Source: Octopus bimaculoides
Lineage: Eukaryota
Assembly (NCBI RefSeq): GCF_001194135.2
Contig: NC_068982.1
Coordinates: forward strand, 145,149,001-145,213,000
Length of the DNA stretch: 64,000 nucleotides
Direction: 5' to 3'
In this document: one piece after another, positions 12,589 to 25,705 of the stretch
How the letters are laid out: every line of letters starts with the position of its first letter
Numbering within the stretch: position 1 is the first letter of the stretch
Notes under the pieces: model-generated
Told to the model about the DNA's origin: nothing
Seen by the model: the letters and a program-made list of their open reading frames with translations, nothing else
Database searches by the model: none
Translations under genes and position numbers: made by a program

Positions 12589-12637
<49 letters not shown>

Positions 12638-12680
12638 GCATCAGCATCATCCTAATCCCTACTGCCACCGCCATCCAGGC
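11180..12680. repeat. Trinucleotide low-complexity region (CAC/CAT/TTC/CAG) around a gap
   Basis: Directly visible; produces the spurious poly-H/P/T/S ORFs. Confidence 0.9.
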
Positions 12681-13069
12681 TGGTTTACTTGACATTTCAG
12701 TGGAGGAGAAACACCCAGATGAAGTAATTTAAGCGAATATCTTGATGAGACGAGATAAGATAACCGATAATGTTATCGACTTATAGATGTGTATGTGTGG
12801 CGTAAGAGAGACTATGAATATATACAGAGCACAGGATAAGAGAGATGGACTGGCACAGATAAGAGGATAAAAGGAGTAATAGGGAAGGAAGAGAAAAAAA
12901 AAGAAATGAGAGAAAGAAATGGCCTGCATAGTAACATACTAAGGGGAATTGTAAGTTGACAGATAAGACACACAGACAGACAAACAGTTAGAGAGATAGA
13001 GAGAGATGATTTAAGAGAGGAATGCGATGAGAAAGAAATGAAGGGCAAATTGATTGCGTGAGTGTGTGT

Positions 13070-13104
<35 letters not shown>

Positions 13105-13114
13105 TATATATCTA

Positions 13115-13169
<55 letters not shown>

Positions 13170-14659
13170 ACACACATAAATATACACACATACACACACA
13201 CATTTTATTCTTTTAATNNNNNNNNNNNNNNNNNNNNNNNNNNNNNNNNNNNNNNNNNNNNNNNNNNNNNNNNNNNNNNNNNNNNNNNNNNNNNNNNNNN
13301 NNNNNNNNNNNNNNNNNNNNNNNNNNNNNNNNNNNNNNNNNNNNNNNNNNNNNNNNNNNNNNNNNNNNNNNNNNNNNNNNNNNNNNNNNNNNNNNNNNNN
13401 NNNNNNNNNNNNNNNNNNNNNNNNNNNNNNNNNNNNNNNNNNNNNNNNNNNNNNNNNNNNNNNNNNNNNNNNNNNNNNNNNNNNNNNNNNNNNNNNNNNN
13501 NNNNNNNNNNNNNNNNNNNNNNNNNNNNNNNNNNNNNNNNNNNNNNNNNNNNNNNNNNNNNNNNNNNNNNNNNNNNNNNNNNNNNNNNNNNNNNNNNNNN
13601 NNNNNNNNNNNNNNNNNNNNNNNNNNNNNNNNNNNNNNNNNNNNNNNNNNNNNNNNNNNNNNNNNATATATATATGTATGTATGTATATATATAGTGTAT
13701 AAAATATTTTTATACACAAAGAGTCCTTGATATGACTTCTTACATGCTAGAACGGGCAGTTAAAACCCAAAGTACGAAAAAATGAATTCATGAGGCATGC
13801 TGTTATAACAGCCTCATATTTATGATACACACACACGCACACAATTTTATATTATTCTACTTCTGCGCTTCTCTCCCTCAGACACGCTAATTCCTTTCGT
13901 ACATACGTTTATGTGTCTTCTAAGTTGGGAATGCCTTGCATGCTCGTGCGTTTGTGCGTGTGTCTGTATTATTAATAACGGGTAATACTTTACGGATGGG
14001 TATTTTGTATTTTTATTACTGCATTGCTGCTAATGTTTCGGCATAATATGTATTTTTATGGGACCCCTCACCAGATTTATAAGATAATTATGAAATATTA
14101 TTTATAATATCTATGGACCCTGTGGAAACCCGAGATTATTTTACGGTAGCCAGCAACAAGTAACATACGAGCTTCCATGGGCGCGCTGGTAGACATCTGT
14201 ATTTACAAAATATAAATATATAGAAGCAAATCGGAAATAAAAGTAAGCACTAACAAAATTTGTGAAAAGAGCATACACAGTGAATGTCTTAGGTTGACGC
14301 TCAGTTTAAGACGTTGAAAATAGTAAGAGGTGAGGTATTGAGCATAGTTCTTCGTCAGGAAGGAGAGAGGCAGAAGGTCCGAAGAGAGGGCAAAAAAGTC
14401 TAAGAAAAGCACGTTTGATGACACGGCTGAATTGACCGGAAGTGGAGTGAGATAGAGAAAATTGTTTTTGAAGGCAGGAGAGTCCGGAAATTGCCAGTGT
14501 ATTTGTGTGTGTGTGGTAGTACCTTTGTGAATGTGTGTTTGTGTTTATGTAAGTGATGTGAGTGTAAGGGTGTGGTGCTGACATCCATAAATGTAAATGT
14601 TTTCCCAAACAAAATTGCACTTCAAAGTTTGAAGTTTCGATGAAGAAACAAGGTGATAT

Positions 14660-15070
14660 ATATCCTCATCATCGTCTTTAGCATCATTTTTCCATGGTGG
14701 CATTAGCTAGACGATTTGACTTTAACTGGTAAGCCGGAGAGCTGTACCAACCTCAAGTTGTCTGTCTGGCATGGTTTCTACGGCTGGGTGCCAATCATCC
14801 CAAGCGTGTAGTGGGTTCCATTTACGTGTCACCGGCACAGGTGCCTTTTACGCGTCACCAGCACTATCCACGACTAAGATTTCACTTGGCTTGACGAATC
14901 TTCTCAAGCACAAGCGATTGCCAAAAGTCTCGATCACTTATCATCGCCTCCATGAGACCCAGCATCCGAAGATCATGCTTCGCTTTCTTGTCCCATGTCT
15001 TCCTGGATCTACCTCTTCCACAGGTTCTCTTCTCAGTTAGAGATCGGCGTGTGTTATGTGAAGTTACGTG
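14660..15070 (-). mobile_element. RTE-clade LINE 3' end
   Basis: Minus strand: RRSLTEKRTCGRGRSRKTWDKKAKHDLRMLGLMEAMISDRDFWQSLVLEKIRQAK* (RGRPRKTW..DL..LGL..DR..WR motif), then 3' UTR ending in a (GAT)n-like tail. Confidence 0.85.
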
Positions 15071-15290
15071 AGTAAGTCAATTTTGAGGTATTGCATTTAA
15101 GTGTAATGTATGAAACGTTCGATTCTTGAGTCACTTCTGTAACTTATAAGCGGAAAAAGAAATTACACTTCTGTGCTAAGTAATGTTCCTTCTCTTTTTG
15201 TTAGTAAACATACATACATACATACTAACATACATACATACATACGTACATACAAGTGCATATATACATATGAACTACAGCAGAGAAAAT

Positions 15291-15358
<68 letters not shown>

Positions 15359-15743
15359 CGAGTGCGCTGATGAGACAGTGAGAGAAAGAAGTGAGTAGGT
15401 GAGGGAGTGGAAGAGAGTGAGAAAGGAGTGGACGCTGATACAGTGAGAGAGAGAGATGAATGAGTGGGTGACCGAAAGAGAGAGAGAGAGAGGGAGAGGG
15501 AGAGAGAGGTTGATAGAGAGAGAGGGAGAGGGAGAGAGGGAGAGGGAGAGAGAGGTTGATAGAGAAATATGAATGAAAAATTGAGAGAAGTGATTTGACA
15601 GAAATTAATATAGAGCTAGTGAGAGACTGAAACAGCCGAGAGAAAAAGGCAAATAGATAAAGAACTATCTCTTTCGGCTATTCTCTGTATGTGTGAGGTG
15701 TATCTCTAAAATCTAGAGAAGTGGTAGTATGTAGTATTGTATA

Positions 15744-15793
15744 AGGCAGCGAGCAGGTAGTATCGTAGTTAGCTCGCCGGACAAAATGCTTAG
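15744..15793 (+). mobile_element. SINE family A head, truncated
   Basis: AGGCAGCGAGCAGGTAG..GTTAGCTCGCCGGACAAAATGCTTAG. Confidence 0.65.
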
Positions 15794-16150
15794 GGAAGGT
15801 TCCAGTTATGTTGTTTGCATAAAATAGGAACACAAATGGGTTAAAGGCTCACTACAGCAGTTGCAGTGGCATTTTATATTGATGAATAATTCAATTACAT
15901 CATAAAGAAACCGTTTTCTTCCGGTGAATTAAGAATTTAAAATTTGGTTCAGAGAAAAAAAAATACAAGATGTGGAATGATGATTGATCCTCTCATTAAG
16001 ACATCATTGAAGAGAGTGAAAAATACATTGGGGATTAGCCAGATTTAACCGGATAAGGTGTCAGAAGTCAATAGGTCATAAACCAATCATCGGACAATGT
16101 CGCAGCTAATCTATTTATTTAAATGAGACTAGATAGATAACCAGAGATAA

Positions 16151-16207
16151 AATACCGAACCCGGAGCCATCTGGTTGGTAAGCAAGCTACTTACCACACA
16201 GCCATGC
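16151..16207 (-). mobile_element. SINE family B head
   Basis: Minus strand: GCATGGCTGTGTGGTAAGTAGCTTGCTTACCAACCAGATGGCTCCGGGTTCGG. Confidence 0.75.
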
Positions 16208-17013
16208 TTTATATCGTATTATGTTATTGAGTCGGGTGCGTCAATGTCTGATTCTGCAGAGATAGATACGAACTGTGTGAATATGCATGTGAGTGCATAT
16301 CTAAACTGACACTACTTTTCGCAGATATGTGAACGGGTAGGTTTAGACGGGTATGGATATATACAAACGTGGGTAGGTGTGGAAATAATAACTATATATT
16401 TACAGATATATGAGTATCTGTGAACGAGCGTGTGTGTGTGTGCACGATTGTGTACGTACACACGGCAGTATGTTGCTAACCAAGATCCTGACTTCTCTCA
16501 CCAGTAGTGCCATTTAAACAACTTATCACTGTTAACTTAGAATTTTCTCTGATCTGACAGCATATGTAAATTAATAATTCATGTGGTGCAAGTAGAACAG
16601 CGAAACTATGTACAATAATATATCTATCCATTCTTAATATGTGGCAGATACGATCGTGAATATCTGATTAATGTTGTTTTTCATCGGAGAACACCTCCCC
16701 TTTTAGATGATATGTCTTTATAACACACGGTATTCACAGGTGTAAAGGAATTTTACGACGCTATGGAGATTCGAACTCGTAGTGCACCTGCTCAATCAAA
16801 GCCAACCCGCCGGACTGAAGATTTTGATAAAAGGATAGGCTCTTAAATATAGAGCAGATTATTTGCTGATGGTTTCAGATAATTATTCATGGGATGCATG
16901 CAGAATAGTGAGAATCTAAACAACAACGTATTTATTCTTACAAGCTTAGATAGTTAAGCTTCCTTTATTCCATATACATATAATGTCCATATGTTATAAA
17001 ACACACACGCGCG

Positions 17014-17045
<32 letters not shown>

Positions 17046-17117
17046 CACAAGCACACACACACACACACAAGCACAAACACACACACACACGCACACACAT
17101 ATACACACACATAAATA

Positions 17118-17196
17118 AGAAGCTTGCTTCCCAACCACATGGTTCCGGGTTCAGTTTCCCTGCGTAGCACTTTGGGCAGGTGTCTGCTACTACAAC
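17118..17196 (+). mobile_element. SINE family B head running into a gap
   Basis: AGAAGCTTGCTTCCCAACCACATGGTTCCGGGTTCAGT..GCACTTTGGGCAGGTGTC. Confidence 0.8.
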
Positions 17197-17628
17197 NNNN
17201 NNNNNNNNNNNNNNNNNNNNNNNNNNNNNNNNNNNNNNNNNNNNNNNNNNNNNNNNNNNNNNNNNNNNNNNNNNNNNNNNNNNNNNNNNNNNNNNNNNNN
17301 NNNNNNNNNNNNNNNNNNNNNNNNNNNNNNNNNNNNNNNNNNNNNNNNNNNNNNNNNNNNNNNNNNNNNNNNNNNNNNNNNNNNNNNNNNNNNNNNNNNN
17401 NNNNNNNNNNNNNNNNNNNNNNNNNNNNNNNNNNNNNNNNNNNNNNNNNNNNNNNNNNNNNNNNNNNNNNNNNNNNNNNNNNNNNNNNNNNNNNNNNNNN
17501 NNNNNNNNNNNNNNNNNNNNNNNNNNNNNNNNNNNNNNNNNNNNNNNNNNNNNNNNNNNNNNNNNNNNNNNNNNNNNNNNNNNCTAAATTCTAACATATT
17601 TATATGAATACACACACACATACACACT

Positions 17629-17666
<38 letters not shown>

Positions 17667-17667
17667 C

Positions 17668-18140
17668 TGTTGTATCTGGGGAGAGTCATTTTCTTATTGT
17701 GCTTTAAAATTTAACACACTCACCGGTAAAATTTCCACTTATTTTTCTTTTTATTTTCCTAAAATTTTCGTGGCGTCTTGTAACCTTATCAATAGTCTTG
17801 CTTATATATATTTCAATGATAAACTTCTGGAGAGTTTTACAAATTTTTACAGTTCCAGTGATAGATTGGATCCGTAGTCTTCGAATTAGCTTTCCCCGTT
17901 CTGGTTTTGAGAAGCCTTATTTCTCAAGATCGGTATTTAGGTTGTGTGCTACGCGTTCCATGGTCCCAATAATTCCAGGTATAAGCCTAAAGTTGTAATC
18001 TGGATAGTTTAACTTCAGGTTTCTCAATAGTTCAGGGTAGTATCCTCTTTTCACTGACCTTCAGCTTTATGTGAGCATCCACTGGGCAGCCAGTTTCCAC
18101 AACTGTACACAGTTTTTTGTCTTTGTCCCAAATCATTACA
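17668..18140 (-). mobile_element. R4/Dong-like LINE 3' end (restriction-like endonuclease and 3' UTR)
   Basis: Minus strand: MIWDKDKKLCTVVETGCPVDAHIKLKVSEKE...GKLIRRLRIQSITGTVKICKTLQKFII, then a UTR ending at a TA run. Confidence 0.85.
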
Positions 18141-19568
18141 TGTATGTATGTATGTATGCATGTATGTATGTATGTATGTATGTATGTATGTATGTATGCA
18201 TGTATATATGTATGTATGTGTCTATGAGTATAGAAAGAAAAGAGGTAGGGAGAGACATAGATATATTTTCATTTATCTATATATATACAAAGTATATGAG
18301 AGTCAGTGAGTGTGAGTGAGTGAAGGAAGCAGTTGGTAAGCGACAATAATGAAGAGAAACAGATGAGGTAAAATGTAAAAACAAAAGCAAAAAAATAGTA
18401 AGAAAATAATATCAGAAACGCTAAAGTGAAGACAGGGAGATAACAGCAGATAAAAAAGCAACAAAAATAACAACAAATGCTGCAACAGCAACAATAACAT
18501 GGAGAACAAGAACAGTTTCATGACAATAACAGATGGTGGTAGAAACCTCAGTTGTATTATGAAAGAAAAAAAAAAAACAAACGCGCAAAAGATAAAGAAG
18601 AGCAAGAAGCGACGAAAGCTCTTGAATGAAGGACTGATGTAGATCATGAAAACAATGTGCGTGCATGTCTATGCAGTTTTGAGCATCATACATATGCATG
18701 GGATATATATATATATATATATATATATANNNNNNNNNNNNNNNNNNNNNNNNNNNNNNNNNNNNNNNNNNNNNNNNNNNNNNNNNNNNNNNNNNNNNNN
18801 NNNNNNNNNNNNNNNNNNNNNNNNNNNNNNNNNNNNNNNNNNNNNNNNNNNNNNNNNNNNNNNNNNNNNNNNNNNNNNNNNNNNNNNNNNNNNNNNNNNN
18901 NNNNNNNNNNNNNNNNNNNNNNNNNNNNNNNNNNNNNNNNNNNNNNNNNNNNNNNNNNNNNNNNNNNNNNNNNNNNNNNNNNNNNNNNNNNNNNNNNNNN
19001 NNNNNNNNNNNNNNNNNNNNNNNNNNNNNNNNNNNNNNNNNNNNNNNNNNNNNNNNNNNNNNNNNNNNNNNNNNNNNNNNNNNNNNNNNNNNNNNNNNNN
19101 NNNNNNNNNNNNNNNNNNNNNNNNNNNNNNNNNNNNNNNNNNNNNNNNNNNNNNNNNNNNNNNNNNNNNNNNNNNNNNNNNNNNNNNNNNNNNNNNNNNN
19201 NNNNNNNNNNNNNNNNNNNNNNNNNNNNNNNNNNNNNNNNNNNNNNNNNNNNNNNNNNNNNNNNNNNNNNNNNNNNNNNNNNNNNNNNNNNNNNNNNNNN
19301 NNNNNNNNNNNNNNNNNNNNNNNNNNNNNNNNNNNNNNNNNNNNNNNNNNNNNNNNNNNNNNNNNNNNNNNNNNNNNNNNNNNNNNNNNNNNNNNNNNNN
19401 NNNNNNNNNNNNNNNNNNNNNNNNNNNNNNNNNNNNNNNNNNNNNNNNNNNNNNNNNNNNNNNNNNNNNNNNNNNNNNNNNNNNNNNNNNNNNNNNNNNN
19501 NNNNNNNNNNNNNNNNNNNNNNNNNNNNNNNNNNNNNNNNNNNNNNNNNNNNNNNNNNNNNNNNNNNN

Positions 19569-19639
<71 letters not shown>

Positions 19640-21362
19640 GCTTTTTCGAAGTATCTCACATCCACATTTGAGCTGTCAGGCGGGGTTTCTCACTGCCGTT
19701 GAGTTCTCTATTGAGACGGTTTTTAATCTTTGTACTCCGGGAACATTGTTTTTATGTGCAATGGAATTTCGCTCGGGGACAAAAATGTAGCATATGGCTT
19801 ACATTTTGGACATGAAAGTTTACAATTTCATGTCTATGTAAAGTGTACACACACACGCAGGCACACACACTCACACACACACACACACACACATTGTGTG
19901 TGTGTATTTGTTTGTTTGTTTGTGTGTGTGTGTGTGTGCGTGCGTGTGTGTGCATCGGGAACGAGGGAATGAGAAACAGAGGTGGGAAGGCGCAATAAGA
20001 GTAGAGATGGATAAGATACACTGACAAGAAATAATTCCGAATATCTACAAATACAAGTTAGACTGAAAATAGTGAAAACCACATGGGCTTTCTACTCATC
20101 TTTTTTTTTCATAATGTCTCTTTACATAAATACTTATTTGATACATATACTTAACATAAGCACGTTTGTGCGGTCGCTCGAACTGATAAAAATAGCAACT
20201 AAATATTTTTATAACTTCTCTTTACTATCTCTACAAACTCTGCCGGATATTAATATTATATGAAAAAAAAAGGAAAAAAAAGAAAAAAGAAATAAAAAAA
20301 TGGAATGGAAAAAAGACGAGACGGTCGCATGTGAAATTTGGTTTGAAGTATGTCATAGTGACATGCATGTAAAGCGTGATAGGTGTCATGCTTCGTAAGT
20401 TTATTTTTGTACGTATTTCTCAACCACTTATACCATATATGGGCCATATTTTGGAGTGAACTCTATCCATAACACTGTGCTTCGTTGAAGATTAGAATGT
20501 CCCATAATCATGGGAGATGGGCTCCTAATTATGGGAAGTAATTGGTTGAATTTCGACTCTTTCAATAACCATTACCAGAGCTTGGTGTCACTCCTGGTGC
20601 ATGACTATTATTCTTCAGAATAATCTATCGTTGATATCTCGTTGATATAAACACACACCTACACTCAAACACCTATCTATATATATAGAGAGGAAGAGGT
20701 AGGAACGAAAAAAAAGAGTGGGAGCAGGTAACGAAGATGTGTAGGAAAACGAAAAACAAAATTTATAATTCTAAATAGGATTTATAATTCTAAATAATTC
20801 TAAAGAGATAAGGTCAAAAAAGAAACGATAGAGAAAAGAAAAGAAAAGGGTTTCGTAATGATTTCTAGTTTTCCAATAGAATATAATAAAAGTTGAATGA
20901 AAAATGTACTGAGTATTCTCAGAAAGTAAACAAAGACGAGGTCGTAACTCAAATGTTCATCGGTATTACCTAAGATAGAAGAAAATAAACAAATGAGAAG
21001 TATACTTGTATGCAAGAGGTAAAATTTCAAATTCGTGTTCCCGTACGAAGTTTTCTTTCAAAAACAATTCTTTTTTTTTTGCTTCTTACATGCGGCTGCA
21101 AGTAAAAGTACGACTTGTAACCACGTGGTTTTTCAACGATAGCTCTAGTTTGCGTCACTGACTTTAATGTACTATATTAAACTTTTAGTGCAATATATTA
21201 CGTTTTTTTTTTAAATCAGTATATTATGGTAGACCGTTAGACAGACAAAAAGGTCAGATTTAGGAGATTTTTTCCTCGATTTATACAATCCCTTTTTGAT
21301 TGTTTCAGGAGAACGAAGGAGTACGTCTTTCTTCAACGAAACCGGAAGTATATATATATATA

Positions 21363-21382
21363 TTGTCCTCTGTAAATTTGAA

Positions 21383-21455
<73 letters not shown>

Positions 21456-21620
21456 GTTCAAATTTACAGAGGACAAAAGACGGAGACAGGTGTAGGGACA
21501 ACAAGCAGTTTAATGCTCGGGAAAATGGAAGAAACTTTTACGGTTCGATCCTACGCTCTTCGACAGAAAGGATTAAAAGGAAAAAAACAACAAAAAACAC
21601 GGAGAGAATAAACTGTAGAG
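21363..21620. mobile_element. Penelope-like terminal fragment with 23-bp inverted end and degenerate hammerhead motif
   Basis: 21363-21385 is the exact reverse complement of 21454-21476; minus strand 21535-21571 reads CCTTT-CTGTCGA-A-GAGC-GTAG-GATC-GAA-CCGT-A-AAAG. Confidence 0.6.
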
Positions 21621-21877
21621 ATTAACGGTTTAACATTGTGAAATGGCCGGAAGAGAGAGGCTGAATGAAAGGGAGATAATAATAACAATAACTGTGATAC
21701 AAACACTCACTCACACACACACACACACATTACACACGCACGCGCACATATACACACATATGCCTTCAAATATGCATATATATATACATACATGCATTAG
21801 TACGAGCGTCAAACTAACACACCTGTTTGTTGTTCATAAACCTGTCTTCGTCTTGTTTTTCTATAAATTTCAATTAT

Positions 21878-21910
<33 letters not shown>

Positions 21911-22894
21911 CACACATATAAAGAGTACATAAGAATTGCGGGTGGGGAGTTGAAAACAATCATTCTTCAAGTTAAAGCTGACAGGAGGAAAATATAAATA
22001 GAAAAAAAAAAGAAAAAGAAAAAAAGAGCGGAATTTATCGTTCTCTGTGTCTGAGAACCTGGCTGCAACGGATGGGAGATGCAAGGCGACGTGAGGTTCA
22101 TGTGTAGGTAGGAAGTAGTAGATGAGTGAAACAGTGTGGGAGAAGGAAAGAGAATTGAAAAACAGAATGAAAGCGAATGAAGGAGTGAAGGTGGGAAAAA
22201 ATTAAGGTGAAAGGGAAGTTGAGGATAATAACTGGATTACTGAAGTAAGTTAAAGGAATGGAAGGTAACACGTGCCGGTGAATGGTTCCGAGTTGACGTA
22301 TGCAGCGTTGTTTCCTTTCTTTCCTTGAGTATATGGATCTTCTCAGCATAACATGATTTACATTGGGTAATCACATATAGTCTCTCCCTTTCTCTCTTTC
22401 CTTCCTCTCTGTCTGTCTCTCTTGCGCACTCTTTTACACACACATGCATGTGGGTTTATACAGTACATTAGATTTCTATTGTTTTGGAAGTCTTATTGCC
22501 TTTTTACAGTTTAGCCTGACGGAGGAAAGTAGTTTCATTCTCAAAGCAATCTTGTGGTTTGTGTTCTAAGAAGGTCGTGAACATATTTAATAAATTTGAT
22601 TCACATAGAAGCTGAAACGCACGTTCTTCAATACATTTGGGTTCGTTATAATTTCTTTCTACGGATATTTTATTAACGGGAATTTGAAAAATAAATTTCT
22701 AAAAGATAGATATGTTTAATATATTTTATATTTATTCAATATTCCAATATTCCAATTATCCACTCGCTCAGTTTGGCAGATTTCGTCAATGAAATTTTGA
22801 AAATTAAAGTTAAGAAAAAAATTACAATTACAATTGTATATATATATATATAAATACATACATATATATATATATATGTAATGTATATATATAT

Positions 22895-22929
<35 letters not shown>

Positions 22930-22946
22930 CATATATATATGTAATG

Positions 22947-22977
<31 letters not shown>

Positions 22978-23215
22978 GTATATATNNNNNNNNNNNNNNN
23001 NNNNNNNNNNNNNNNNNNNNNNNNNNNNNNNNNNNNNNNNNNNNNNNNNNNNNNNNNNNNNNNNNNNNNNNNNNNNNNNNNNNNNNNNNNNNNNNNNNNN
23101 NNNNNNNNNNNNNNNNNNNNNNNNNNNNNNNNNNNNNNNNNNNNNNNNNNNNNNNNNNNNNNNNNNNNNNNNNNNNNNNNNNNNNNNNNNNNNNNNNNNT
23201 ATATAGATATATATA

Positions 23216-23250
<35 letters not shown>

Positions 23251-23554
23251 ACTTCACACATATATTTTCTTCCGTTCAGAAGAAATCTTCTATAGCTAGA
23301 TTTAGTACAGATAACACAAATAACAAAATTTTGAATTGAACACATATAAAATAAAACTCATCTGAGTTCCATAATTAAACAAATATAATTCTCCATTAAG
23401 TATACTTTTCAAAATGATAATAACTAAATATAGAACTGAAATATAGAATGTAGAAATGTAAATTAGATTAGAAAATACTATTTTATTCTAGAAAATAATG
23501 AATAAATAAACATACATGTGTGTGTCTCTCCGTGCGTTCGTGTGTGTGAGTATA

Positions 23555-23600
<46 letters not shown>

Positions 23601-23758
23601 TATATATATGAATGTCTTGGAACTTTGTGCCGTCGATTTGTAGAAAGGCGTGCAGATCTAATTAAAAAGTGAGCCATCAGATTCTGTAGGAGGTTATGTA
23701 GTTGTTTGTACGTCGTGTCTTCTCAATTATTCTGTCTACAATATTAATAAGAGCTGCA

Positions 23759-23972
23759 AGGCAGAGAGCTGGCAGAATCGTTAGCACGCCGGGTAGAATG
23801 CTTAGCGGCGTTTCGTCCGTCTTTACGTTCTCAGTTCTAAATACGCCGAGGTCGACTTTGCGTTTCATCTCTTTGGGGGTCGATAATATAAGTACCAGTG
23901 AAACATTGGTGTCGATGTATAATCTACTTACTTTCCCCCCCGATCTTGTTGGCCTTGTGCCAAAATTTGAAA
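23759..23972 (+). mobile_element. SINE family A, near full-length monomer
   Basis: A/B boxes, central domain, and tail GGCCTTGTGCCAAAATTTGAAAC. Confidence 0.9.
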
Positions 23973-24387
23973 CATGTTCGTGAATCTCAGGAACACCATT
24001 CTTATTTCTTTAACTTAACTTGCCCTCGCTAATTATGAATAATTATAGTATTATAAACGAGCATGTTACAATGACCAAATGTCTCTCATTCAGTTATTTT
24101 CAAATGCTGCTATTTATTCAACTACTGTAAAAGTGTATATAAATGCTATGTTCCTGGTGAAATAAACAAAATGAAACATTATATTCACTTTAATGTGAGT
24201 TTTTGAATTGAACACGCAACACATTAACGTTGTTTATCGTCAAGTATTCAATTACTACATACTGCTAAATCTACATACATACATACATACATACCTACAT
24301 ACATACATACATACATACATACATACAAGTATATATACTTATCTGTCTCTGTCTCTCAGTCTTCCTCTCTCCCTCTCCGTATCCTCT

Positions 24388-24462
<75 letters not shown>

Positions 24463-24965
24463 TAAAAAGATGTTAAATCTATTGCTATTGACAGAGATAA
24501 GGGGTCAAGAAAGAAGTGGTCTTCGATAAAAGATTTTGAAGAACAGAAACCAAAGTATGTAAGAGTCAGACGATAACTACGAAGAAATAATACTTTGCTA
24601 GAATACTGCAATTCTTTAGTTGCTCAGCGTGTGGTTAGACTTGCCTTTCAAAGCCTGACTTAACTTCACATTTCAAAACTTGTCTTCATGCAGTCGGCCC
24701 AAGCGATAGGAAGATCATTCCATCAGACGTGCTCATATGTCATATTTGTAATAAAGCATATAAGTCTCGCGTTGGTTTAAAAAGAAATTTAAATATTCAC
24801 AAATCAGAAAAGACAAACAACTTAAGGTGAGACATATCTGCACTTTTTTAATGCAAATTTCAAACAGCTTCCAGGAATTATAAGCAACTTTAGTGCTCAT
24901 GCACAGGGAAAGCACATCTAAGAAGTTTAAAGTATTGAACATAAGTATGCTACCTCTCTCTCTCT

Positions 24966-25012
<47 letters not shown>

Positions 25013-25238
25013 TCGTAATGTAAAAATTGTGAAGTACATAAGAAAGATAATTTGCATATTACAAACATCATCTGATATATAATTCACGACTGTTGTCGAC
25101 AGCACAGCTCGAGGTGAAACTCATAGCAGACTGTCAAACTTTCGATAGAATAAACATACGAACATACACACATATACTTATACATACATACATAATATAT
25201 ATATACATATGTGTGTGTGTATGTATACACAGTACACA

Positions 25239-25296
<58 letters not shown>

Positions 25297-25511
25297 NNNN
25301 NNNNNNNNNNNNNNNNNNNNNNNNNNNNNNNNNNNNNNNNNNNNNNNNNNNNNNNNNNNNNNNNNNNNNNNNNNNNNNNNNNNNNNNNNNNNNNNNNNNN
25401 NNNNNTTAGAAATGATGCCAAATCTATTTATAGAAATGATGATATCTGAGAGATTTTTTGTGTTTTGGTTACAGGGATAAGATTTTTAAACCCCAAGTGA
25501 GATGGATTTAA

Positions 25512-25705
25512 TCATTGTTTGTTAAGAGTGGGTTTGAATTTCTTAATAAAGTCCTTTTCTTTGCATTTTCTTTCAATTTCATTCCGGTTGTAAAGTTTAT
25601 GGAATGGAAATATAATAAAAGTTTGATGACCACATGTTGCTAGATGGTTACTCAGTGGTATTTGGCGGACTTCTGGGTTTTTAATCTGTTGTCGATGTAC
25701 CCGTG
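25512..25705 (-). mobile_element. Penelope-like element GIY-YIG endonuclease C-terminus
   Basis: RVHRQQIKNPEVRQIPLSNHLATCGHQTFIIFPFHKLYNRNEIERKCKEKDFIKKFKPTLNKQ* (H.Q.I....H......R...E..FI....P.LN pattern of PLE endonucleases). Confidence 0.75.

Noticed and set aside
16750-16815. Possible tRNA gene on the minus strand (GAGTTCGAATCTCC)
   Set aside because: Only a B box; no cloverleaf could be built, so probably a SINE-head relic
19640-19790. GFLTAVEFSIET, resembling the Kir-channel pore helix (FLFSIET)
   Set aside because: No following T.GYG filter, the frame ends in a stop, and splice context is poor
21090-21110. 6-nt microexon on the minus strand (ttgcag|CCGCAT|gtaaga)
   Set aside because: Lies within a degenerate SINE-B head; such sites arise by chance
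24494-24557. Plus-strand exon candidate DKGSRKKWSSIKDFEEQKPK
   Set aside because: Weak acceptor and no supporting partner exon or homology
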